A DNA stretch of 62,298 bases from an uncultured cyanobacterium (GTDB lineage: Bacteria > Cyanobacteriota > Cyanobacteriia > Cyanobacteriales > CAWCAG01), in contig CAWCAG010000002.1 in the NCBI GenBank assembly GCA_963793425.1, positions 1 to 62,298 on the forward strand. Reading direction: 5' to 3'. Under the pieces are notes generated by a model. It saw nothing but the letters and a program-made list of their open reading frames with translations. It made no database searches and had not been told where the DNA came from. The position numbers and the translations under genes were made by a program. Positions 40,874-50,976 of this stretch are shown one piece after another. Each line of letters begins with the position of its first letter. The stretch's first letter is position 1.

Positions 40874-41010
40874 TAGTAAGGTTAAAGAAAGTTGGGAAGA
40901 CATGGTATTGAAAAACAACTTAGCCGTGTTTGAAGATTTTATTTGTTTTTGTCTTTGAGTATCAGAACCAACAAATAAAATAGATTGCTAGAGTTAGTGT
41001 TTTAAGAATT

Positions 41011-41215
41011 ATGATTTCTGAAAATATCAGTGAACCAGAAGATAAGTATATCAACATTCTAATCGATTTCGGCTTTAAAAAGTTGTTTGGTGTAGAACCA
41101 AACAAATATCTCTTGAAAGATTTTCTAAATTCAATACTTCCGGCACAACATCAAATTAAGAATCTAACCTATCAGAAAAATGAACATTTGAGTAATGCTC
41201 CCTTAGATAGAAGTG
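41011..41215 (+). pseudogene. N-terminal fragment of an Rpn/PD-(D/E)XK nuclease family protein
   Basis: KYINILIDFGFKKLFG...LLKDFLNSILP...LDR then similarity ends where the photolyase 3' end begins. Confidence 0.75.
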
Positions 41216-41251
41216 ATTGTAATAGAGAATGCACAATTCTACCCACTATTG

Positions 41252-42838
41252 TTAGTCAAACATCTTTCGGTACTTCTCCTGATTCCGTTGCTGATACTTA
41301 TCAACTACTTCAGCTTGAACCTTGGCTTGCTCCCATTCCCCATTCTGCTGGGCTGTCAATCTTTTCCTGACTTGCTCTCTGATTTCTGCTACCTTTTTGC
41401 CATTTTCCCGCCTAGTTCGCAGAAAATCTAGCATAGGTTGAGGATACTTCACCTTACCTAAATATTCCCTAGCTAGAATTTGCTCTAAATTGAAGCCTTT
41501 CAACTCCGGTAGCCAAATATTAACAAATTCTAAGTTCGGGTCTTTATCCTGAAGACTTTTCTCAGGATTGTAAATGCGAATAGTTTTAGCTAAAGGATTA
41601 GTAATACCAGCCTGCATCTGCCACTGCCAATGGTTAATAGCAATATCTCCATCTACTAAGCAATTCATAAAATGCTTCGCTCCATGAAACCAACTGACCC
41701 CACAGTTGATACACAAAAAAGTAACCACCATCGCTCGCATCCGAAAGTTTAACCAGCCATATTGCTGTAACTGTCTCATAGAAGCATCTACTAAAGGAAA
41801 ACCTGTTTGTCCTTCTTTCCATTTGTGTAGGTATTCTTCTTGTTGTGGCGTTAGCTGCCAATTGTAAAGTGAGTCAAACTCGCTATACCAGTTCTTCTGT
41901 GCCAACTCTGGGTGAAAGTACAGTCTCTGAGTAAAGCTTTCATGCCACCTGAGTCTATCAAGGAAAGCTCTTAAACTGAACTCTAGCTTTTTCTGACCAA
42001 TTTCTTTGAAATAGTGGGCTTTTTCATAGGCTAGCTTGTTGATCTGCCTAACGGACAATGTACCCCACATTATGTGGGGTGAAAGCTGGGAAGTTGCTCC
42101 TTTGAGGGCAAGGAAAGGTTGAGAGAGCTTCCAGTGATAGCCTTTGTATCTGTAATCTATAAAAGTTTTAAGCTTTGATAGCCCTTGGCTAGAGCCACCG
42201 TCAAATAGAGGGCTTTTTTGGCTGAAAAGGTGAGTATACTTTTGCTTAAGGTGAGATAAGCTTACTAAGCTGGAACCCCGATTAGGCTCTTGTGGACAGA
42301 GAAGTTTTTCTAAATCTAGGGTTCTAATTTCTTCAGGAGTGGGAATTAAAGGCTGTTTTTGATAGTCGTAGAACTGACTACGCCAAGTATTCATTCTAGA
42401 CTCATTCAGAATTAGGAAGTTGTTGTTGCCAATGTGACAGCTTACTTGCAATCGCTGACAGCTTCCCACAATTTGAGTATCTCTGGTGAGGCCGTAGCTA
42501 ATTTGTCTGTCTCTGTGGAAGTATAGTTCTGGTTGATAGTTGTTAGTGAGTAGAAGTTGGAGAAGGTTTTCGATAACTGCAACGGAATTACCTTCTAACA
42601 AATAAAACTGACCTCCTATACTTTGGAAATCTAGGTTTAGTTGTTCTAAAGATTCAAAGAGAAAGCGTACTCTAGAGCCGCCGATTTCTGACCAAGTATT
42701 ATAGAAATAGGGGTCAACAATGAAAAAAGGAAGGCAGAGGGCATTTTCCCCGGTTCCCTGCTGAAGTAGCCAGTTATCAGCTATTCTCAAGTCTCTGCGA
42801 AACCACAATAAATTGACTTTCAAAGATTTCTCCTTCAA
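41252..42838 (-). CDS. Photolyase/cryptochrome family protein
   Basis: LWFRRDLRIADN, SQLSPHI, GQTGFPLVDASMRQL, GWLNFRMRAM, QWQMQAG. Confidence 0.95.
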   Translation of the reverse strand: MKEKSLKVNLLWFRRDLRIADNWLLQQGTGENALCLPFFIVDPYFYNTWSEIGGSRVRFLFESLEQLNLDFQSIGGQFYLLEGNSVAVIENLLQLLLTNNYQPELYFHRDRQISYGLTRDTQIVGSCQRLQVSCHIGNNNFLILNESRMNTWRSQFYDYQKQPLIPTPEEIRTLDLEKLLCPQEPNRGSSLVSLSHLKQKYTHLFSQKSPLFDGGSSQGLSKLKTFIDYRYKGYHWKLSQPFLALKGATSQLSPHIMWGTLSVRQINKLAYEKAHYFKEIGQKKLEFSLRAFLDRLRWHESFTQRLYFHPELAQKNWYSEFDSLYNWQLTPQQEEYLHKWKEGQTGFPLVDASMRQLQQYGWLNFRMRAMVVTFLCINCGVSWFHGAKHFMNCLVDGDIAINHWQWQMQAGITNPLAKTIRIYNPEKSLQDKDPNLEFVNIWLPELKGFNLEQILAREYLGKVKYPQPMLDFLRTRRENGKKVAEIREQVRKRLTAQQNGEWEQAKVQAEVVDKYQQRNQEKYRKMFD

Positions 42839-43027
42839 TAAAGCATCTTCAGATACTTTAAGTTTAGAAAGTTTCAGTTAACTCTGAGCAATTATTCACT
42901 TTTCGCTTTATTTAACAAACGGTAGGAGATCGAAGTCTTGACGTATTTCTAGAAGAGAATGATTGAGTAGGGATTCATAATTGAGAAAAGGGTAACATCT
43001 TCTAGTGCCAAGTCTCATCAAGCCATA

Positions 43028-43540
43028 TTGAAAGCTACTTTAGAATTATTGGGAGAAGTTGGTTTTGAAACCATGAGTATTGAAGCCATTTCAGCCCGTG
43101 CAGGAGTGGGTAAAGCTACTATTTATCGGCGCTACAGTGGCAAAGAGGAATTAGTAGCTGACGCGATTGAAAGTATTAGACAAGACGTGGTGATTCCTGA
43201 TACAGAAAATTTTTGGAGTGACATTGATGAGATTATTGAAAATGCTGCACAGATTACCCTCAATCCTTTGGGAAGGCAAACTATAGCCATGATCATTAGC
43301 AGTGCTTCTGGTAATTCTCAATTTGCTCAAATTTATTGGACAAAATATTTAGAGCCACGTCGAAAAGCCTTTGCTACTGTTATCGAACGAGCTAAAACAA
43401 GAAATGAAGTTCCCATCGATCTCGATTCTGGTCTAGTGTTTGACTCCATGAGTGGGATTATGCTTTATGCCCTTATTTTTCCTCCTACCACCGAATCTTG
43501 GAGAGACTATGTTCGACGTGCATTACATTTATTGTTCTAA
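43028..43540 (+). CDS. TetR/AcrR family regulator (start uncertain)
   Basis: SIEAISARAGVGKATIYRRY...KEEL HTH. Confidence 0.88.
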   Translation: MKATLELLGEVGFETMSIEAISARAGVGKATIYRRYSGKEELVADAIESIRQDVVIPDTENFWSDIDEIIENAAQITLNPLGRQTIAMIISSASGNSQFAQIYWTKYLEPRRKAFATVIERAKTRNEVPIDLDSGLVFDSMSGIMLYALIFPPTTESWRDYVRRALHLLF

Positions 43541-43588
43541 GGAGTACTCAACATATCTCAATTAGAATAAACTTTACTCATCATAACT

Positions 43589-46500
43589 CTACAAACCATT
43601 GCCGATTAAAATAAATGGGCCCCAATAGTAAGGATGGGCTAAGCGATTCTGTGTTGGAGCTTCTAATCCCTCCTCAAACCTGGCACGGATCTCGATTATA
43701 CTGCGAGAGTCGTTACCAAGAGAGTTGTATTCCCCATTAATCAAGGCGATTTGCGCCTGACGTAAGGCTTCAGCCTTGCTGTATTTCTGTGTGGCTAAAG
43801 CAGCATAGAAGGCATTCATCAAAGTTTGGGTTCCGCCATCATCTACTGACCATAGGGAAGCGATCGCAGCTTTAGCCCCGGCATCCTGCATTAAGTAGCC
43901 AAAACCAAGAATTTCTCGCCCATCCTCACCTAACTCTCCCCCTAAACCAGTTTGGCAAGCACTGAGAACAACCAAGTCAACGTTATTGATACTCCATTTT
44001 TCATCCACTTCTTTTAGGGATACGGTTTCTCCACTCCCAAAGAGGATAAATGATTCTTCTGGTTTGCCAGGAACTAGAGCCGCATGGGTGGCGAAGTGAA
44101 GCACTGTGTAGGTGTCCATGTTGTCTTCAAAGGTGTCTTTATTAAACGCCTCATCCACCAACTTATCTGTGTTCGGAATAGTAGAAGCAAGAATTTCTAC
44201 CTCCCGTCCCGCAAACTTTAACCCGGAAAAGGGAAAGGTGCGATCGCCTACTTGCACGCTATGGTTTCCATTCACAAACGCCCCAGCTAAAATATTCAGT
44301 TCCTGGGAAGGTTCATCATTCCAATCCGTGAGATTGCGGGCGGTAATATTATTAACCCGGAACCTTTCTACCAGCCACTGTTCCCCATCGTGGAGGGCAG
44401 CTAGGGGAATATAGCGCAGTTGACCATCAGGAGCATAAATTATCGTTTCTGCTTCTGCGGTAGTGAGGTCATTTTCTAGGGGTTTGATTAGCCAGTTATA
44501 GAGTTTTTGACCATGTTTTCTCACATCGGGAGAACGTCTCTTCAAAGCTTGGCGGTAGGCAACGATGGTGCGGTTCAATTCCTCTCTTGTCACGGTAACG
44601 GTGCGACGGATGGGGGGAGAGTTGGGAGTGGTGAGGAGGAGTTCCAGGCGGTCTTCCAGGATGAGGGGATAGAGGAGGACAGCATTTTGGTCGATATCTT
44701 GCAGGTCATCGGAAATGCTTTTTAATTGGTCGAGGGGGACATTTCTGCCTTGGGAAATGAGGCTAAGTTGTTGCACCCAAGCTTGCACATCTTCCCTTTT
44801 TGTGAAGCTAGTCAGCAAAGTAACTAATTCTTCCCGTTGGTTCGTTAAGGTTTTAAGGCGTTGCAGTTGAGCTTCGCTTCTTTGGGCCAGGGGAATGCCC
44901 TTGAGTTCCTCTTGCAATTGGCTGAGTGCTTTACCGTTGGCAATGGCTTTGTCTTGCAGTTGGGCATATTCGGTGATGATTTTTATTTCTGGGGCTAAGT
45001 TAACTACTTTCTCATCCCCTTCTCCCCTGACATTTTGCAGATAGTCTTCCAATTCCTGAACTTTGAGGAGATCCAGCACTTGTTGGGCTTCGAGGATGCG
45101 GTTTTGTTGCAGGAGGAGGTCGCCTAGTTTGCGGTATGTGTCAGCTACGGTGGCGGTGTAGGATTCTTGTTGGTCTGTTGGTAATCCTTTGATATCGGCG
45201 CGGATGGTTTCGTAGATGTTGACTGATTGTTTGAGGAAGATGATGGCTAGTTGCGGTTGGTTTTGTTTTTCGAGGACATAGCCGAGGTTGTTGAGGATTG
45301 TACCTTCACCAGAGCGATCACCCACCTCCTGCTTGATAGTCAAAGCTTGCTGAAAGTAAACGGTAGCTTTTTTGTATCTTTCTAAATTATTAGAAACTCC
45401 GCCTAAATTATTGAGAGTAGTACCTTCACCAGAGCGATTGCCTACTTCCTGACTGATAGCCAAAGCTTTCTGAAAATAAGTAATGGCTTCCTGATATTTT
45501 CCCAAACCTCGGTAAACTTCGCCCAAATTGTTGAGAGTAGAACCTTCACCACTCCGATTACCTACTTCTTGCCTGATAGCCAAGGATTCCTGATAGTAAG
45601 TGATCGCCTTTTCATATTTCCCTATGCTTTGATAAACTACCCCCAAATTGTTGAGAGTAGTACCTTTCATCAGACGATTACCCACTTCCCGATGAATAGC
45701 CAAGCTTTGTTGTAGGTAGGCGATCGCATCCTCATATTTCCCCGTACTTTGGTAAACTAACCCCAAACCATTGAGGGTAGTGCCTTCTCCACTTCGATCA
45801 CCTACTTCCTTACTGATAGCCAAAGCTTGTTGAAAGTAGGTGATCGCATCCTCATATTTCCCCGTACTTTGGTAAACACCACCCAAATTGCTGAGGGTAG
45901 TACCTTCTCCACTTCGATTACCTACTTCCTTACTGATAGCCAAAGCTTGTTGAAAGTAGGTGATCGCCTCTTCATATTTCCCCGTACTTTGGTAAACAGT
46001 ACCCAAACCATTGAGGGTAGTACCTTCTCCACTTCGATCACCTACTTCCTTACTGATAGCCAAAGCTTGTTGAAAGTAGGTGATCGCCTCTTTGTATTTC
46101 CCTGTGCTTTGGTAAACAGTACCCAAACCATTGAGAGTAGTACCTTCTCCAGCCTGATCACCTATTTCCCGTCTTATAGCTAAGGCTTGCTGATAATAAG
46201 CAATAGCCTTCTCATCTTTTTCCAAACCTCGGTAAACTTCGCCCAAATTACTGAGAGTATTACCTTCTCCAGAGCGATTACCTACTTCTTTGTGGATAGC
46301 TAAAGCTTGTTGAAAGTAGGTGATCGCCTCTTCATATTTCCCTGTGTTCTGGTAAACTGACCCTAAATTGTTGAGGGTAGTACCTTCCATTCGTCGATTA
46401 TCTACTTCTCTATGGATAGCCAGAGCTTGTTGAAAGTAGTTGATTGCCTCTTCATATTTCCCTGTGTTCTGGTAAACTAACCCTAAATTGTTGAAGGTAG

Positions 46501-47023
46501 TACCTTCCATTCGTCGATTATCTACTTCTCTATGGATAGCCAAAGCTTGCTGAAAGTAGGTTATCGCCTCTTGGTATTTCCTTGTGCTTTGGTAAACTAC
46601 CCCCAAATTGCTGAGGGTTATACCTTCTCCACCCCTATTATCCACTTCCCTAACAATAACTAAGGCTCGCTGAAAATAAGTGATCGCATCCTCATGTTTT
46701 CCCGTGTTTAGGTAAACAGCACCCAAACCGTTAAGGGTAGTACCTTCCATTGAACGATTACCCGCTTCTCGGAAAAGCTGCAAAGCCTCCTGCAATTTCT
46801 CAAACGCCTCTGCAAACTTACTAACCCGCCACAAATCAAGAGCTTCAGAATATAACTGCTGCGCCCTAGCATCCTTCTCCTCAACTGTTTCCGCCCTCAC
46901 CAATCCAGGTTGTAATCCAAAACTTAAAGGCAGAAAAGGAGCAGCAACGGCCAGCAACAAAACCAAACCAAGGCGAGAAAGATTCTTCAACCCCAACAAG
47001 CGTAACAGAGAAAAGTCAGACAT
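43589..47023 (-). CDS. Secreted TPR-CHAT (caspase-like) protein
   Basis: Signal-peptide-like N-terminus, tandem 40-aa TPRs, LHFATHA and VVLSACQTG His/Cys dyad, HPYYWGPFILIGN tail. Confidence 0.95.
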   Translation of the reverse strand: MSDFSLLRLLGLKNLSRLGLVLLLAVAAPFLPLSFGLQPGLVRAETVEEKDARAQQLYSEALDLWRVSKFAEAFEKLQEALQLFREAGNRSMEGTTLNGLGAVYLNTGKHEDAITYFQRALVIVREVDNRGGEGITLSNLGVVYQSTRKYQEAITYFQQALAIHREVDNRRMEGTTFNNLGLVYQNTGKYEEAINYFQQALAIHREVDNRRMEGTTLNNLGSVYQNTGKYEEAITYFQQALAIHKEVGNRSGEGNTLSNLGEVYRGLEKDEKAIAYYQQALAIRREIGDQAGEGTTLNGLGTVYQSTGKYKEAITYFQQALAISKEVGDRSGEGTTLNGLGTVYQSTGKYEEAITYFQQALAISKEVGNRSGEGTTLSNLGGVYQSTGKYEDAITYFQQALAISKEVGDRSGEGTTLNGLGLVYQSTGKYEDAIAYLQQSLAIHREVGNRLMKGTTLNNLGVVYQSIGKYEKAITYYQESLAIRQEVGNRSGEGSTLNNLGEVYRGLGKYQEAITYFQKALAISQEVGNRSGEGTTLNNLGGVSNNLERYKKATVYFQQALTIKQEVGDRSGEGTILNNLGYVLEKQNQPQLAIIFLKQSVNIYETIRADIKGLPTDQQESYTATVADTYRKLGDLLLQQNRILEAQQVLDLLKVQELEDYLQNVRGEGDEKVVNLAPEIKIITEYAQLQDKAIANGKALSQLQEELKGIPLAQRSEAQLQRLKTLTNQREELVTLLTSFTKREDVQAWVQQLSLISQGRNVPLDQLKSISDDLQDIDQNAVLLYPLILEDRLELLLTTPNSPPIRRTVTVTREELNRTIVAYRQALKRRSPDVRKHGQKLYNWLIKPLENDLTTAEAETIIYAPDGQLRYIPLAALHDGEQWLVERFRVNNITARNLTDWNDEPSQELNILAGAFVNGNHSVQVGDRTFPFSGLKFAGREVEILASTIPNTDKLVDEAFNKDTFEDNMDTYTVLHFATHAALVPGKPEESFILFGSGETVSLKEVDEKWSINNVDLVVLSACQTGLGGELGEDGREILGFGYLMQDAGAKAAIASLWSVDDGGTQTLMNAFYAALATQKYSKAEALRQAQIALINGEYNSLGNDSRSIIEIRARFEEGLEAPTQNRLAHPYYWGPFILIGNGL
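45290..46770. repeat. Tandem 120-nt repeats encoding the TPR units
   Basis: Near-identical units recur every 120 nt (e.g. TACCTTCTCCACTTCGAT...GCCAAAGCTTGTTGAAAGTAGG at 45901 and 46021). Confidence 0.9.
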
Positions 47024-47297
47024 TGTTTAGACCAGATAAACTTAACTACAAGGAAGGCAAACTTTAGCAAAATTGTACCTGTCTATGTTTCTCAGCTAAC
47101 TTAAATTATTTATGCTGTTCTGAATTATTGACATCGAACTTTACTGATAAGTCTCACGGGGTGACAAGTATCTTAAAGCCAAGTCAGTTAAGGTTTCTAG
47201 CTCACCGACTTTCAAAAAGATTAGAGTTTATTGATAGGTCTGTTGACACCTAGATAGCACTCAAGATGGTAACAGTTGAGTAGCTTACGATTTGTAA

Positions 47298-48032
47298 ATG
47301 CAGCGTCACCAAGAGTCAGCCTTTCAACGTCGTCAGGCAGAAGCCATAGTTATGGCCAAACTACACAATTCCCGTAAGCTGTTACTACGGATGAACCGGA
47401 GCAAAAAGATTACTAAGGTGAATAAAGCCGTTAATAAGATTGCTCAGATTATTGATAAGCTACCCTCAGCTAAATCGGTTGAGAGTTTGTTAGGTTACGA
47501 AGGGCAGAGCGCTCATTTGTATTACCAAGCCTTGGGAGTACTTTTTAATGGCAAGTTTACTTTTGCCAAGCGTACCCGTCGTCCTCCCACTGACCCCATT
47601 AACAGTCTGCTCAGTCTAGGTTATACTCTATTACACCAAAATGTTTTTTCCTTGGTACAGGCAGTAGGTTTACACACCCATTTTGGTAATCTCCATACTC
47701 CCCGCCGTAATCATCCGGCTTTGGTTTCTGATTTAATCGAGGAGTTTCGCGCTCCAGTAGTGGATTCTTTTATTGCTTATTTAGTTAATTCCAAGATTTT
47801 TAAGCAAGGGGATTTTACTCCGGCAGATCCAAGGGGTGGGGTTTATCTTCATCCTAGTTCTTTGCGGAAGTATCTTAAACACTGGCAGGAGAAGTTACAG
47901 ACTCAAGTTACCCATCCCCATACAGGTTATAAGGTAAGTTATTATCGTTGTTTGGAGTTACAGGTATGGGAGTATATTGCTTGTTTGAAGGGAGAGCAGG
48001 AGGTTTATCGACCAATGATGTGGAATATTTAG
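47298..48032 (+). pseudogene. cas1: N-terminally truncated Cas1, no cas2 follows
   Basis: Aligns by eye with the C-terminal ~245 aa of the RT-Cas1 (LLGYEG, RPPTDPINSLLSLGY, SDLIEEFR); in-frame TAA immediately before the ATG. Confidence 0.88.
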
Positions 48033-48199
48033 AATATCCAAGATGTTGTAGCTTTTAGCTCAGGGAGAAAATAGAAGGGGCAAAAAGTCAATATCATAAT
48101 GACATGGTTTTGACCCTGAATAGCTGCTAAGGTAGTGAGCAAAGATTTTTCACTTTTCGTAATCGCTCTATTTCTTGCTATTACTGAGTTTCAACCTGA

Positions 48200-48407
48200 T
48201 TTTTTGTCCTTTTATTTAGGGGGGTCAAGGAATGGCTGAAATGTCCATTCTTTCGTTGACCCCCACAAATAGCCTTCTGAGTAAGAGTTCTAGCTGTTAT
48301 GAGGTGGCATTTACTGCTAATTATTATCAATTATTTGAGGGGTGAGTTGACCCCCCTAAATTTGATGGTTTATAATGACCTCATACCAAAGCTTTCATAA
48401 GCCGAGG
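48200..48407 (+). promoter_or_regulatory. Leader of array 4
   Basis: GGGGGTCAA ~48220 (inverted), TTGACCCCC at 48256 and 48347. Confidence 0.8.
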
Positions 48408-48929
48408 GGTTCACCAATTACCTAAATTGGTCTTGTTGGAAACGCCGAAGCCTTTCTTATTTTTTTCCTTTTTTGTTGGTTCACCAATTACCTAAATTGG
48501 TCTTGTTGGAAACATTTGAGAGACAGAGACATCGTCTTTATTATCTCGGTTCACCAATTACCTAAATTGGTCTTGTTGGAAACCTTAGTACCACCGCAGG
48601 TTCTACATGAGCGTCTTGGTTCACCAATTACCTAAATTGGTCTTGTTGGAAACTAGGCCATCCAGCCTGTCACCTTCGGAGAAGGCTTCGTGGTTCACCA
48701 ATTACCTAAATTGGTCTTGTTGGAAACACTAACAGAGATAATTCTGAAGGGGGGATAGCTCTAAGGGTTCACCAATTACCTAAATTGGTCTTGTTGGAAA
48801 CTTCCTTTTTCACATTTTCCCCCGCCATTCGAGGTGGTTCACCAATTACCTAAATTAGTTTTGTTGGAAATAGCAAAAACAGGCGCAATGGGAGTTGCAA
48901 CGATAGCCGGGTTGACCAATTACTTATTC
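48408..48929 (+). CRISPR. CRISPR array 4: 7 x 36-nt repeats + degenerate partial 8th, 7 spacers
   Basis: GGTTCACCAATTACCTAAATTGGTCTTGTTGGAAAC at 48408,48478,48548,48618,48692,48766; degenerate at 48836 and 48910. Confidence 0.97.
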
Positions 48930-50135
48930 TCAATCAATAGTAGAAAAACGCTCAACCAAAGCCTGAGCCTTGCTTAACTGAAGTTTTACCAAATCTGGTG
49001 GCGCAAGAAATTGAGCGCTATCCATATGCTTAAAAACCCAAAAACCAAATTCCTGGAAAGAACGAGGAGGTAAATTGAGTGAGTAATCAATGTAGGGATA
49101 TTCCTTTTGCTTATTCTTTTTAGGAGTACGAATCCTTTGAGAAGGGTGGCGACATTCTCCTTCTAAGATAAAATTAACAACCGGAGGAAAAAACCTGACC
49201 TTAACCTCTGTAAAAGATAAATTACCGCAACGCTCTAAATACTGCTCTTCCGGCTTACCCAAATATAAACCCCAACCAGTTTTCAATAACTTTTGTGCAA
49301 CCTTAAGACTAGCTTTTTGCTTTTCGATACCTCGTTGGGTTTGAGAAACAATTGGGCAGTAATTCTTGAAACGGTCTAAACGCCCTATAGCTAGATGGTT
49401 AGTTTCCCCAGAATTGTAGAAGGGACTATCCTCCTCAAACAAAAGATACCAAGCAACATCATAATAAATTAACTGCAAAGGATAAACTTGCTTTGAACCA
49501 ACTTGACCACTTTGATAATGGTCAGCAAAACGATAAAGTTCTATCTTATTTCCTAATGCGATCGCTTCTTCAACCGTATCAAGACATTCATAAAGAGTAC
49601 CTTGATGATATTTACCCTTAGCTCTCTTCTCCTCTGAATCGGTGTAGATAATAGCCCGATTGAGGTAAGCCCTTATGGGGTAAAACAAATCTTCCCCTAT
49701 AGATAAATCAAGCCCCCGCAAACGCTTCTCTAATGTGCGGTAACAAGCAACAATCTTAGAGTCTCTTTGATATTCAGCCTGAGAAGCCAAAGCATTAAAA
49801 GCTAACTTTAGTTCCTCTTGGCTAAGAGCGCCTGTTCCGAGATAATAACCCCAACGATACATTTTTTGCCTCAACAAACCGTAATCCCTCAAAGTTGCCA
49901 AGTCACTGGAAATAGTAGAAGCAGAAGGATAATCATCTGGTAGCTCGAAATTCAGAGTTTTAGCTAGCAACTGTAACTTATCTCGAATCAGTGCTTTAGC
50001 ATCATGTTCTCCTTTAGTACTCTTTTCTGTGGCAGTACCTACCCCAGGAAAGTTAGCCAGAGTAGCGATTAACAACATGATGCGTTGAAAAGATAACTCA
50101 TCAGCATAGGGATGCAGCTTCGGTGGTTTAGCCAT
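48930..50135 (-). CDS. WYL-domain transcriptional regulator
   Basis: N-terminal wHTH (SASTISSDLATLRDYGLL), VYPLQLIYYDVAWYLL and GRLDRF; divergent from cas10. Confidence 0.93.
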   Translation of the reverse strand: MAKPPKLHPYADELSFQRIMLLIATLANFPGVGTATEKSTKGEHDAKALIRDKLQLLAKTLNFELPDDYPSASTISSDLATLRDYGLLRQKMYRWGYYLGTGALSQEELKLAFNALASQAEYQRDSKIVACYRTLEKRLRGLDLSIGEDLFYPIRAYLNRAIIYTDSEEKRAKGKYHQGTLYECLDTVEEAIALGNKIELYRFADHYQSGQVGSKQVYPLQLIYYDVAWYLLFEEDSPFYNSGETNHLAIGRLDRFKNYCPIVSQTQRGIEKQKASLKVAQKLLKTGWGLYLGKPEEQYLERCGNLSFTEVKVRFFPPVVNFILEGECRHPSQRIRTPKKNKQKEYPYIDYSLNLPPRSFQEFGFWVFKHMDSAQFLAPPDLVKLQLSKAQALVERFSTID

Positions 50136-50582
50136 TGACTAATAGGTCGTTAATGTAGAGTTACTATAGGGGGCATTGGTAGATGCAGGTATGGTTGCTC
50201 CCATATTAAACTAGCTTTTTGGGAGCTAATAGCTAATAGCTAACAGCTAATAGCTGCGAACAGAAAAACTTTGCACATCATACGTTCAATTACCAACGCC
50301 GAGTTACTATAGGGTAGTCGAAAGTAAGAATGAAAAACAACTCAAAAGAAATCATTAACTTTAAGAAAATAAAAGAGCTTCCATGCAATACTATATGAAG
50401 CTTTGAAGCAAAGATATTTTTAGGTCAATAATCTCTTTTCCCTTTATTTCATCTCTCTAGAAAAGTTATCGTATAAACATAGTCAGGAGGAGTCAAAGCA
50501 AAGCTGCATTGTGCGTCTAAGGAAACTCGTTAAGGCAAAGACATCGATAAATTCGGTCAACCGCCACAGCGAGGTACAACCA

Positions 50583-50834
50583 GTGAACAGCACCCAGCAA
50601 CGTCCCCGTCCCCAAGCTCAAACTCAGGCTTCCTGGAAAAAGCTGCGTCAGCAGTATGGAGGCTTCGCCATCAAAGCGGTGGTAATTGCCCTCACCAGTG
50701 GTATCTCTGCTTGCGGAGATAACCTGCTGCTCGATGTCGCCTTGCCAACCCTAGTGGGAATTGGCTTAGAGGCGGTCAACGAGAGAGACAGCAGACGGGT
50801 AGAGGAACAGCTACGACGACTCCGGACTAAGTAG
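50583..50834 (+). CDS. Small putative membrane protein upstream of cas10 (83 aa from GTG 50583)
   Basis: GAGG RBS at 50571; hydrophobic FAIKAVVIALTSGISA and LLLDVALPTLVGIGL segments; GC-richer than flanks. Confidence 0.55.
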   Translation: MNSTQQRPRPQAQTQASWKKLRQQYGGFAIKAVVIALTSGISACGDNLLLDVALPTLVGIGLEAVNERDSRRVEEQLRRLRTK

Positions 50835-50836
50835 GG

Positions 50837-50860
50837 AGACGGGGGAACCCCCCCTGTTTT
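50837..50860 (+). terminator. GC hairpin + T run between the small ORF and cas10
   Basis: GACGGGGGAACCCCCCTGTTTT. Confidence 0.6.
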
Positions 50861-50976
50861 CCTTGCTGTTGCCGTTACCAAAATAGGGCAGATGGAATAA
50901 GTAAATAAGCAATACAGAATTTCAGGGTTTGCAGCTTCGTTAGCCAACTTTTTAAATTTGGACTTTTAACTCAAAT

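Noticed and set aside
45290..46770. 120-nt tandem repeats as a CRISPR-like or DGR array
   Set aside because: In-frame TPR coding repeats without unique spacers
43589..47023. TPR-CHAT as a Csx29/Craspase-type CRISPR protease
   Set aside because: It has a signal-peptide-like N-terminus and the common cyanobacterial TPR-CHAT layout, is divergent from the cas genes, and no Cas7-11, Csx30 or SAVED partner is present
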